A DNA stretch of 64,000 nucleotides, taken from Gekko japonicus. Lineage: Eukaryota. Made by a program: the position numbers and the translations under genes. A model generated the notes under the pieces. The model was not told where the DNA came from and ran no database searches. It saw only the letters and a list, made by a program, of their open reading frames with translations. Shown one piece after another: positions 1-10,496 of this stretch (positions within the stretch are counted from its first letter, which is position 1; each line of letters starts with the position of its first letter). The DNA is taken from the NCBI RefSeq assembly GCF_001447785.1, contig NW_015167060.1, forward strand, positions 150,041-214,040, written 5' to 3'.

Positions 1-257
1 TAGAGAAGACACACCCTTCTGTTTAGCCACGCCTTCAAAACCACTGTGAAAGCATCCGTGACATTTATCCCTCAGCCTCTGGATGTGACGTCTCCACCAT
101 TCTACAGGTGAGAACATCTCTGCTGGGCAAGCTGTCACTTTGGCAGAATGCTCCAGCATTTCACATCTCTCCACCCAACTTGGTTAGGTGGCCCGCAGCT
201 TCACTAGGAAACCACTGCCTCCTACTCCTATTCAGTCACCTACTCCAGCCATTGTAC

Positions 258-554
258 CTCTGACAGGAACCTCAAGAGAACATCCTGTTTGAACTTTTCT
301 GCCTCTTCATGGTCCCCCTCACTGGTGCTATCCCATGCCAGGGCATCACTGCTTTCCATCTGGCTATCCTCCTCCTGACTGCTGCTTTCCTCTAGCTCCT
401 CCTCAGCAGTTTCTTCAGTCTTTCTCCAGCGGCTCAGATCCGGATCAGTGCCAGAGTCTGGGGAGCCAAGGAGAGATTGGCAGCAGCTGCTGTTTTCAGA
501 CTCTGTGAAGAAATCATCACCTTTGGTTTCCAGCCATGTCCACACATGACCCAT
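258..554 (-). CDS. BRD8: BRD8 long (two-bromodomain) isoform distal exon, MGHVWTWLETK...VLLRFLSE; later exons lie off the left edge
   Basis: ctttgcag/ATG...GAG/gtacaa; 297 nt, phase 0/0; resembles the recalled human long-isoform segment MGHEWVWLDSEQ...AEELEESS...LLHFLSE. Confidence 0.85.
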
Positions 555-1490
555 CTGCAAAGGTTCATAAGACAGAAAGAGGGTTTTGTCACTCACATGC
601 TAGTTTCTGCCCCTTAGAAGCCAGACTGATTCCTGAGCCCAGTCCTTGTAGGATGCTTTCTGCTGTCATAAACAACATTTTTGGCTAAGTCTCACAAGAG
701 AGCATTTATCAAAATTATTCCCAGCTTCTAAGCTGCCTTGAGTCCCAGTGAGAAAGGCGGGCTAGAAATAAGCTAAATAAATGATTGCCTAGAGAGCACT
801 GCCCCATCCAAAATGAGCAAAAAACGCTCACTATATGTTACAGGAACTCCAAGATATTCCAGTGAGTTATTCTAACCTTGAGTGTAGATTACCACATCTG
901 CAGGACTCAAGATAATGCAAATCTAAAAGCTAAAGAAGTTTCAGAGGTGGGGATTAAAAGGGGAAGATGAAAATACAATGATGCAGTGTACTTCTTCAAC
1001 ACTTTTGGAAGCTGTTGTCTTATCCACACTCAGACTTGAATCAGAATTGAAAACCTTACCTTAGTCCTTGTTTGATTGCAGAGTACATATAAAAATACAA
1101 GTATGAAAATCCACATGAAACTCTTATGCCAACTCTACACTGAGAAAATTGTAGTGGTCGTGATTGGCTCATCTAATAGAATCAAGTCTTAAACCTTTAT
1201 CCCTTGACTCTTCCATAGAACAAGGCTAGAGACAATTTTTGCTGATGAACACAAAGTTGGCAACTACCATTACAAGACACCCTATTTTATTTTTATTTGT
1301 GGCAATCCTAATTTTAGTAGGACTACGTTGATGAGATGTGTATACTGTGGGAAGGTACCACCACTCTAAATGTGGGGCAGTCACTTAGCATGGTTGGAAA
1401 ACAGAAAAAACTGCACACCTGTTCGCACTCCACAGTCTAAAAAACCGTTTTGCATAGCAAGGAGAAGAAATGTACTGAAGATGAATGAGC

Positions 1491-1680
1491 NNNNNNNNNN
1501 NNNNNNNNNNNNNNNNNNNNNNNNNNNNNNNNNNNNNNNNNNNNNNNNNNNNNNNNNNNNNNNNNNNNNNNNNNNNNNNNNNNNNNNNNNNNNNNNNNNN
1601 NNNNNNNNNNNNNNNNNNNNNNNNNNNNNNNNNNNNNNNNNNNNNNNNNNNNNNNNNNNNNNNNNNNNNNNNNNNNNNNN
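1491..1680. other. Assembly gap (190 N)
   Basis: Run of N. Confidence 1.
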
Positions 1681-1804
1681 CGAGCGGGGAGGAGGAACCG
1701 GTGAAGCCGTCCGGGACACGTGGGCAGGCGCGGGAGTGGCGCCGGTACAGGGCCCGGTTGGAGTGAACCAGCTATTAATTGGCCGCTGCTGCCAAAGAGC
1801 TGCT

Positions 1805-2097
1805 ATGCCCAGCAAGCTGCCAGCCGAGATGGCGCAGCTGGTGGACGACTACCTCCAGCACCACCTGTGCGGCCGGCTCGGCGCTGCCCCCCAGCCGCAC
1901 GGCCAAGAGCCTGCGGCGGGTGGTGGATGAGCTGGAAAGCCACGAGAAGATGTTCTTCCGCTCGGCTTGCAGCCCTGCGGCCTCGGAGCCCGGCAGGGCG
2001 GCCGCCCACTTGAGCCGGGTGGCGGCGCAGATGGAAGCAAATGGCGGCCTGAACTGGGGCCGGGTGGTGGCGCTGGTCGTGTTCACCGGCAACCTGC
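1805..2097 (+). pseudogene. BCL2L10: BCL2L10 / NR-13-like Bcl-2 family fragment (BH4 to BH1), frameshifted near 1865 and truncated after BH1
   Basis: MPSKLPAEMAQLVDDYLQH then, in another frame, SALPPSRTAKSLRRVVDELESHEKMFFRS...LSRVAAQMEANGGLNWGRVVALVVFTGNL. Contains the BH1 NWGR motif and aligns with recalled chicken NR-13 (MPGSLKEETALLLEDYFQH...LPPSATAAELRR...DGGLNWGRLLALVVFAGTL). Confidence 0.85.
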
Positions 2098-2115
2098 ATG
2101 GCTGCAGGGTAAGAA

Positions 2116-2434
2116 CAGGGAGGGGGAGGAGGTGAGGGGGGCGCGCTCCTGCTTCTCCTGCTGCTTCTGCAGCATCGCTTGCCTGCCGCCGTGGCTGCAG
2201 CCTTCTCCAACCCAGCCCCTTCGCAATGGCTGTGCTTCCGTCCGGCTGCGCCCCGGGTGATGTGTGTGCGGTGCACGCGTGCTTTGCACGCGCGCACGCA
2301 CATTCCAGCCACAGGCCGGGAGTCCCCCGGTACGGCATTATTTTGACTTGGCAACCCTAGGTAAGAACGATGCTTGCGCCCTCCCCACTTTCCCCAGGCC
2401 TCCCCCCACTAAAAAGGTCCTAGCTACGGGCCTG
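2116..2434. mobile_element. Nested hAT-type MITE ends: TAGGGTTGCC-family end at 2350-2359 and CAGGCCCGTAGC-family right TIR at 2420-2434
   Basis: ttggcaacccta and ctagctacgggcctg; GGTAAGAA is repeated at 2108-2115 and 2360-2367. Confidence 0.6.
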
Positions 2435-2946
2435 CTGATGCTGAGAGAGACCCAGATCTTTTGTGGAAACAATGGGGCACTACAGATCTCCTTAGCAGAA
2501 AGTGGAATAAAAATACATTGCCACAAACAAGAGATGGTCTTGCCCAGAAGCTCCATGAACTCCTAAATTGTGGTGTTAATATAGCTTTGAAAGCTGTCCT
2601 GTCAGAAGCAATGCTACAAGCCAATTTCACCCAGTTTCCTTGCACTAGGAATGGTTGCCTGTGGCCATCTGAGATTCCTTGCCCCGTTTAGCCACGTCAG
2701 ATGTGAATGCAAGCAAGACTATATTCAGTATACTCCATATGTATAAAGCAGCACTCAGAAAGGAACCAGAAGTTGTTCTCTACTTAAGTCCTACAACAGT
2801 AGATTTTATGACAAGGGAATGAGGGATACCCTGAATAACACACACACAACTCTGTTTTAAAACTTCAGTGGCCTCAGATTGTATGAGAACCAGACAGTAA
2901 AAGCCTATTGTTACACACAGGAAGGAAAGTACCCTTTGAAAAGTAC

Positions 2947-3594
2947 TGAGACTGGCAAGTGATTTCAGCTCTCATACTTTATTAGAAGTTCAGAACAAGA
3001 CAAAGTTCCCGACCCACAGGCCGGCTTATATCTCCCCACTACCCAAACACCTTCCCACTCTAGTGATAGGCTATTTACAGTGTAGGGTTGCCAAATTGAC
3101 TTACCTTGACGGCAGGGGAGCCTCACCGGGCTCTGGGAGCTCTCCGGCGATGCATGCGCGAGTGCGCGAAGCGCGTGCGCGCCGCCAGCACATCACAGGA
3201 AGTGACGTGCTACATCGCTCATGTTGGGGGCATGGCCCCGATCGTCAGAGGGGTTTTCCCTCAGACGATCGGGGCCACGGCCCCAACGTGAACGACGTAG
3301 TTGCGTCACCTCCAGTGATGCAACCACGCTGCGCTTCGGGGAACGGAGTTCCCCCCGGGGCCCGATTCCGCGGCGGCGGAAATCAGGCCTCCAAAGCAAG
3401 GGTTTACCCGCCACCCGCCCCCACTTGGCAGCCCTATTACAGTGGCCAAGAGTTCCATAGGTCCAGACCAGAAGCCTAGTCCTCCGATTGGTACAGCTGG
3501 GATCCGCTTGGGCCATTGTCTCCCGGAGCAAAGCTTAAAGGCTTCGCATGACCGCATGGCGATCTATCCTTGCACGTGGTTGGGTCTAGATACA
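2947..3594 (-). mobile_element. Possible solo LTR interrupted by the 3083-3436 MITE
   Basis: TG...CA ends; on the - strand CCAAT (about 3487), ATATAAG (3025-3031) and AATAAA (2978-2983) in LTR order; no TSD seen. Confidence 0.35.
3083..3436. mobile_element. Non-autonomous hAT MITE
   Basis: TIRs TAGGGTTGCCAA / TTGGCAGCCCTA; perfect 8-bp TSD TTACAGTG (3075-3082, 3437-3444). Confidence 0.9.
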
Positions 3595-3599
3595 TTATA

Positions 3600-6535
3600 C
3601 CCTTATTTATAGTGATAGGGACCATCTGCCTGAAGACGATTGATTTGGATCGGACTGCTGCTACGACTTATATAAGTAACCGCTGTAATTGTTGTTTAAA
3701 TTGAGGTATTTGGTCTGATTAATTGATTTGGGGGGGTTGATTAGTGCTACTAGTTAATTGTTATTTGCCAATTAATTGGGGGTGATTTAGAGAGGGTGCT
3801 AATTGATTGTTGTTAAACTGTCCAATTAATTGGGGGTGGATTTAGTTGCTGCTAATAAATTGTTAATTTGCCAATTAATTAGGGAGGGTTGATTTAGAGT
3901 GGGCTTTAATTAATTGTTGCTATTACGCTATTTAATTAATTGGGGGTGGATTTAATCAGATCTAGGGTTCTATTTAATGGCCCTATATTCGATTTATGGT
4001 AAACTTCGACATTAGCTTTAGTAAATATGCCATTGATCCCCAGCCTTTATGTAGTTTACTGGCTGAGAAAGTAGGTTTAGATAAGGGAAAATATAGAAAA
4101 ATAGGCAATCAGAAGCTATAAGATTAATGTTAGGGCTGCAAGAGTAGAATTAGGATAGACCCAGTATTGTATTTGGATTAGGAATAGTCAGCAGTTAATT
4201 TTTATTTTATTTTTATTTATGCATTCGATTTATATACTGCTCAGACCCGAAGGTCTCTGAGTGGTTTACAGGCGATTTTCCAAATACAGTTAATTCCTAA
4301 ACTAGGGCCACATGAAATGGGGGTGGGGGCTGCCTACTGGCACTCAGGTGGTGGGATAGTTGTTCTTCCGGCTTTGGCTCCGGCTGCTTTCTTCCTGGCG
4401 TCCTCGGATTGCCTTTTATCGAATAATAGCAGCATGCAGTAGGTCAGAATACTGCCAACTAATGGGTGAATCTGGGGCTTGAGCCAAGTGCGGTCGATGA
4501 AGATCACCAGGGTAGTAATGGCCAGGCAGGGAATCCCAGTGCTCTTGGGAAGGGGAAGGTATAGCGGTGGGACCAGGCGGAGATGGAAGGGAAGGGGGCA
4601 GAGAAATGGAGAAACTCAGCCACCTTCCAGCCTGTGTCCCATCCCAAAGGTGGCAGACAGTGGGGCAAGGATAAAAAACTCCTCTCTGACACTGGTGCTG
4701 TGCAATGCCAGGTCCATAAACAATAAGACCTCAGTCCTACAGGACTTCCTACTGGAGCAGGACATGGATCTGGCGTGCGTGACCGAGACCTGGGTACGAG
4801 ACGGGGCGACGGTTGCTCTCTCCCAGTTGGCTCCTCCTGGGTTCTCGGTCCTTCACCAATCTCGGACTTTGGGGCGGGGGGGAGGAGTGGCTTTGTTCAT
4901 TCAGGAGGCTTACTCCTTCAGGGCGCTCCCAGCGGTGAGGATCGCAGACACTGAGTGTGCCGGTTTTGTGTGGGAAGCCGGGGAGAGTTTGGCTGTCTGG
5001 CTAGTGTACCATCCGCCCAACGCACCAGCGGACAGCCTGCCATCTCTGGTGGAGGCCGTGTCGGGCTGGGCATTGGAACACCCTAGGCTGCCAGTCCTGG
5101 GTGATTTCAACGTCCATGCCGATGATGCGACCTCCTCCCAGGCGGTGGACCTGGCATCATCCATGGCGGTGCTGGGATTCTCCCAATATGTAACGGCCCC
5201 CACTCATCAGGTCAGTCACACGCTTGATTTGATCTTCGCGGCAGGGGTTACAGTGGACTGGATTACTGCTACGGCAGTACCATGGTCAGACCACCATGCC
5301 ATGAGGGCCCGAGTGAACTTGTCACCCCAACCCTGTTTGGGCAGCGAGCGGATTTTGGCTTGCCCATGGAGCCTAATGGACCCACTGCGGCTTCAGATGG
5401 CTCTCCAGGATCCATTGCCCCCTGGTGGCTCGTTAGATGAGCTAGTCGAGGACTGGCATAGCCGATTCTCGGCGGCCATTGACAAGATTGCTCCCAGACG
5501 CCCTCTGCGCCCTCACTCAAGGCTGGCTCCTTGGTATACCCAGGAGCTGAGGCTGATGAAGCGAAGGCTCAGACAGCTAGAGAGACAGTGGCGGCAGGTT
5601 CACAACGAAGCGTCAAGAACATCCTATCGAACGTTTATGAAATCGTATGAGATGGCAACCAAGGCTGCGAAGAAGGAGTTCTACGCAGCCATGATTGCGT
5701 CTGCAAGCTCATGCCCGGCACAATTATATAGAACGATTTGGTCTCTAACCACCCTGCCACAGAGCAGTCAAATTCTTAGGGAATTGGATATAGGCTGTGA
5801 GGCTTTTGTGAGCTATTTTGCAGATAAAGTCTTGTTACTCCACTGCGACCTCCCGGCCACACTTGAGACAGTATGTGAACTCGATGCCCCATGCACGTCT
5901 TCTGGTCCCATTCTGGATTATTTCAGCCCTCTCAACCTAGAGGAAGTTGACAGATTGATCTCAACGGTATGTCCAACCACATGCAGCCTTGATCCGTGCT
6001 CCTCCTGGCTAATTAATTCTGGCCGCGAGGGGTTTCGAGGCACTCTTAGGAACATTATCAACAGGTCCCTCTCTGAGGGCCTATTCTCTACATGGGGCTG
6101 CCCTTGGGGCAACTCCGGAAGCTGCAGCTGGTACAAAACGCGGCAGCCAGGTTGCTGATGGGCCTCTCCAGGTGGGAGCACATCCAGCCTGTGCTGAAGT
6201 CATTGCACTGGCTTCCAATAGCGTTCCGGGTTCGCTTCAAGGTGCTGGTTTTGACCTTTAAAGCCCTTTATGGTCAGGGGCCTGCCTTTCCCCGCATGTC
6301 CCCCAGAGAGCACTGCAATCTGGAACACAAAACCGCCTGGCCCTCCCTGGGCCTAGGGACGGCAGGCTGGCAGCAACTAGGACCAGGGCGTTCTCCCTGG
6401 CGGCACCGACGCTCTGGAACGAGCTCCCAAGTGAGATCAGAGCACTGCGGGACCTCCAGCCATCCCGCAGGGCCGTGGAAACGGAGCTTTTTCGCCGGGC
6501 CTTCCAGTAGGAACGACTTCATCGGTTGTGTTGCA
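3600..6535 (+). mobile_element. L2-clade LINE with an open APE endonuclease ORF (4479-6086) and the RT domain deleted
   Basis: LCNARSINNK, ACVTETW, GGGVAL, LGDFNVH, HTLDLIF, WSDHH motifs; jumps from IINRSLSEGLF directly to the C-terminal LYMGLP..LQLVQNAAARLL..LHWLP block; no YxDD; 5' boundary approximate. Confidence 0.88.
3700..3955. repeat. About 55-bp degenerate minisatellite (about 5 units) with core CCAATTAATTGGGGGTGGATTTAG
   Basis: Cores at 3768, 3822, 3871 and 3931. Confidence 0.75.
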
Positions 6536-6539
6536 CTTG

Positions 6540-6908
6540 TTTTATTTATTTATTTCATTTCATTTATACCCCGCCCTCCCTGCACACAGGCTCAGGGCGG
6601 CTTACAAGGCACAAAGTGCAATAGAGATAAAACAGATGAAAACAGTTGAAGCTAAAATTTAACAACTAACAGGATACAGGAAGACTAAAACTACACACTC
6701 CCCCACTGCATATCAGGAGGAGGTCAGGAGGGGGGACGCCACGGGCCACGATGTTCCAGTTGCTCCACCAGCCCAACCCGGCGGTACTGCTCCGCAGTTA
6801 CGCGGTGGTGGTAGTGGCGGCGGCGGCTCCTACTCAAAAGCCTGGCGGAAGAGCTCCGTCTTGCAGGCCCTGTGGAACTGTAAAAGGTCCCGCAGGGCCC
6901 TGATCTCT
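6540..6908 (-). mobile_element. L2-clade LINE 3' fragment, inverted relative to the adjacent copy
   Basis: (TTTA)n tail then reverse complement of the L2 3' end (gagctccgtcttgcaggccctg...cccgcagggccctgatctc). Confidence 0.8.
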
Positions 6909-7488
6909 ACAAGTTCCAGCTGCTTTGTGCCCATTTTTCTCAGGGAGAAATGCCAAGGAAAAATCAGTTACTCAAGATTTAGTTGTTTTTGGTTCTTTTC
7001 CTAGCGTCTGTAACAGCTGTAGGCTTTGTTTTGGGAGAGAGATATAAATCCTCATGCCTCTGTGTTCTCAGTTGATAGGAGTGCTTTCTAGTTAAAGAAG
7101 ATATCAGACTGACTAAACTGCTCACCCACGAACCTAGCCCTTCAGAGATCAAATACCTGGCCGAGCTAGGGGGTTAGCAAGGAGGGGAGGGGATAGCAGT
7201 CCTCCACACACATGCACCCCCCCCCAACACTTTTAATAAGGCAGACCACTAAAAGGGAGAAAGGGGAGTGCAGAGTCTGGCTGGAGGCAGAAATCTACTG
7301 GGGCAAAAGGAAGGGGAGCTAGGAATACCCTACAAGCATGTTCAAGTCCCCTCACACCCACATTGAACTCCTCAGCCTCTCAGAGGCTCATATCCTATGA
7401 AAGCAGGCAGGAGGGATGGAGAATCAGGACTTACTGCCACAGCTTACTGTGACAAACATCTGTTTCATGATCAGTGGTAATGCAGACT

Positions 7489-7884
7489 CAAGGGTGTCAT
7501 ACATATGGCCCATGGGCCAGAACTGGCCCATCCAGGGCACTTATCTGGCCCACGAGCAACTGGTCATTACCTTTATTGCCAGATGACAGAGGCTGTGCAT
7601 TATGTCCCTGTATACTGTCCCAGTGTTAATGAGTAATGGGTGATGGAAGTGGGAGGGTGGGCATCAGGGAGATTCTTTAAGGAAATACTGTAAGAGTATT
7701 AATGTTTTAAGCATGTTTGTATTTTGAGTAAAAAATAATATTGTTAATTGGGTTTGCCTGTGTCCTTTGTAAAGTTTATATCTCTGGTACCCGGCATTAC
7801 ATTTTATGGCACACATGGCCTGTCATGACAAAGTGACATTTATTTCAGATCCCGCCGTTGTAACAAATGAGTTCGACACCTCTG
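7489..7884. mobile_element. hAT-like MITE, degraded
   Basis: caagggtgtca ... gagttcgacacctctg ends; TSD not preserved. Confidence 0.55.
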
Positions 7885-9147
7885 CTCTAGGGCATGCAGT
7901 TGTAAGAAAGATCTGGCAAAAGAGGGTGCTTAACTCTTCCCGTATCAATTACTTCCCCCAACAACCCATCCTCTTCCAAGGTAAGTTTACATTCAGTCCT
8001 AGGACCTGTGGGGGTGGGGGGAAATTTCCTGTATTTAAAGGATTCAGTGCAGGCCCATAGCCACAGTGGGCATTTAGGGGCAGTGCCCCCTCACTCATAG
8101 CCCCTGCCCCACAACTCCCGCTGCCCCTGCCCTTACCTGCTGGCTGCACTCGTTCACCTTGACCACTACAGGAGAAGAGCCAGCTGGCCAATGCGATTAA
8201 TACTCGGTGAGTATGCACTCTGCTGGAGTAGCAGGCATGCAAGATCTGCTACTGTAGCACAGAGCACATATTCCCTTATATTAATCCCGCTGGCCCTCTC
8301 TCCCCCAGGCCAAGTGAGCGGGCAGATGAGGCAGGCAGGCCTCACTGCAATCATGCAGAGAGCACATACTAGCTGAATATTTATCATACCGGCCAGCCAG
8401 CTCTCCTCCTGTAGTGGTCAAGGTGAACGAATGCTGTCGGCCGGTAATGAAAGTTTCATTGTACAGACCGGGCCTTGGGAATCCTGGTTTTGCTTGACAG
8501 GTTTTAGCTACACCCACAGCCTTGATTAGTGAGCCTAGCAGATGGAAAGCTCTGTAGAACGAGCTTCCTACTGAATTACGCCAACTTGTTAGTGTGTACA
8601 GTCACCCAGGATTCCTCTCCATGGAAATGATTCAAGCAGCCTACAGAAACATAAATCTCTGCAATCCCTCACTAGCTAAGCACTCTAACAGGTTTAGAGA
8701 AGCTAAAAAAGGTGCTATCATTAGCCTTCAGTGTTTTGAAATGAGGCGGAATGATTTTCTAGAAGAGATGGGCACATGCTGAACAGCCATTTCACATGCA
8801 CACGAACCCAGACACAACACTGCCTTATACTAACTCAAACACCTGCCCCATCAGAGTCAGTATCGTCTACTGAGATTGGCAGCAGTTCTCTAGGGTCTCA
8901 GATGGAAGTCTTTGAGGCCACTCCCTACCTGGTCTTTTTAACTGGAGATGCCACAAATTGAATCAGGGACGTTCTGCATGCCAAGCAGTGGCTCTACCAC
9001 TGAGCCAATGCCCCTCCTCTTGCTGTGAGGCCCTAGGATCAACCCTTGGCATTTCCAGCTGTAAGAAAAGGGGCTCCAAAGTAAAAGGGCTGTAAAAGCT
9101 TTCTACCTACAGCCCAGAATAGTTGATGCCAGTCAGGATGAACAGCG

Positions 9148-9330
9148 CTGGAGCCCAGGCAAGCCCAATCTCATCAAATCTCAGAAGCTAAGCAGGGCCA
9201 ACCCTAACAAATACGTGGGAGACTTCCAAGGAATACCAGGGCTGAGAAGCAGAGGCAGACAATAGTAAGCCACCTTTCTCCAATGTCTAAGCCCCACTAG
9301 GGGTTGCCAGAAGTCAACCATAACTTCCAG
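9148..9330 (+). mobile_element. 5S rRNA-derived SINE
   Basis: gcccaatctcatcaaatctcagaagctaagcagggcc...gggagac..ggaatacc resembles the 5S internal control region; non-5S tail. Confidence 0.65.
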
Positions 9331-10144
9331 GCATACACACATACCCAAAAAGACAAAAAAAAAAAATTAACAGTGATGGCTTAGATAGCCCTATGATACA
9401 AATCAGTATAAGGCATTTCCTTACATTATATTTGAGTTCTGATTTTCTTCTGAGGAAAGAGGACAGATAGAAGCACATGGCACCAAATGATACATGGCCA
9501 GTATAGCCAGTGTGCAGGCACATAAAGAGAACACATTCCTTTGGCCTCTGTGCTGCTCCTTCTCCCATAAACCTCAGAACCAATTCAAGTATTGAGAAAG
9601 AGCATGGGGGCAGTCCTCATATACTACTACAGACTGCACCAGTGAAAATACAAATTTAAATTCTCCACCAGGTTTTTCCTATATGTATATAGAAAATGAG
9701 TATGCCAGTGATAAGACCCTAGTTTTCTTCTCGTCTTTCCACGAGCCGGGTGCCTCTTTTCTTCCTCAAAGAAAAACACCCAAGCATTTGAACCCGCAGT
9801 CTGACATGATTCAGTCCAGGAAGGACCACACCCTATGCTACTTCTATATATTTCAACTTGTAGGAACATGTGTGTGTCTGAAGTCATTCAAGATGCCCCA
9901 GTCGTTCACAAGAACTGCTCCCTCTTATGGGTCTCCCTTGGCATGCAATTTGCTAGTTCAGAAAGGGGGAGATGCATTCAGGAGCTATTCTGTGTGCCTA
10001 TGTAGCCTAAATAGAGGGACAGGTTTGTGAACATGAAATAAGGGTATATCAGTGCTTACAAAGTTGACTTTCCCTGTAGATGTATACGAATCAATGCAGC
10101 CACACATAAAAACACACAAGCGACTATACAGGATTCTCTACTAG

Positions 10145-10150
10145 TTTAAT
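10145..10150 (-). terminator. Poly(A) signal (ATTAAA) of the BRD8 short isoform
   Basis: About 290 nt after the stop codon; followed on the - strand by a GU-rich tract (10101-10120). Confidence 0.6.
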
Positions 10151-10436
10151 ATACACATTTACACTCCACTAATACAAAAAATATGTACACTTCACATTAC
10201 AGTACATAATAGCCACCAGTTGCTAGCTAACAGGAGGGCACTAACAGAGTCCCCGTAGTGCTGCCTTACAACAGGCAGTGGGGTGTTGGCTTTCCCCTGG
10301 GATTTCCCGGGTAACGCTACTCTCTTGTACAGACAGCCCAGGGCCAGAAGTTGCCCTTTCCTGTCTGTAGCAGTTTCTGCTCAGCATCAGGAAGGTTCTG
10401 ATCTTGATCCTTGGGTCAGGTCTGTTGCCTTCTGCT

Positions 10437-10496
10437 TCATTTCTTCATCTTCATGTCCGCTTCGATAGCACAGCGGCGTCCTCTGGTTCCCCCATC
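10437..10496 (-). CDS. BRD8: BRD8 short-isoform terminal coding exon (DGGTRGRRCAIEADMKMKK*)
   Basis: ttag/GAT...AAA TGA. Confidence 0.93.
   Translation of the reverse strand, partial: DGGTRGRRCAIEADMKMKK

Noticed and set aside
597-663. AG...GTGAGT-bounded mini-exon just upstream of the BRD8 distal exon
   Set aside because: It would leave a 42-nt intron, too short for a typical vertebrate intron
1370-1930. Long ORFs spanning 1370-1930 and 1381-1815
   Set aside because: They are open only because they run through the N gap; only the part from 1805 belongs to the BCL2L10 fragment
3700-3955. CRISPR-like repeat-spacer array
   Set aside because: Eukaryotic DNA; the units are degenerate and the spacers are related to each other, so this is a minisatellite
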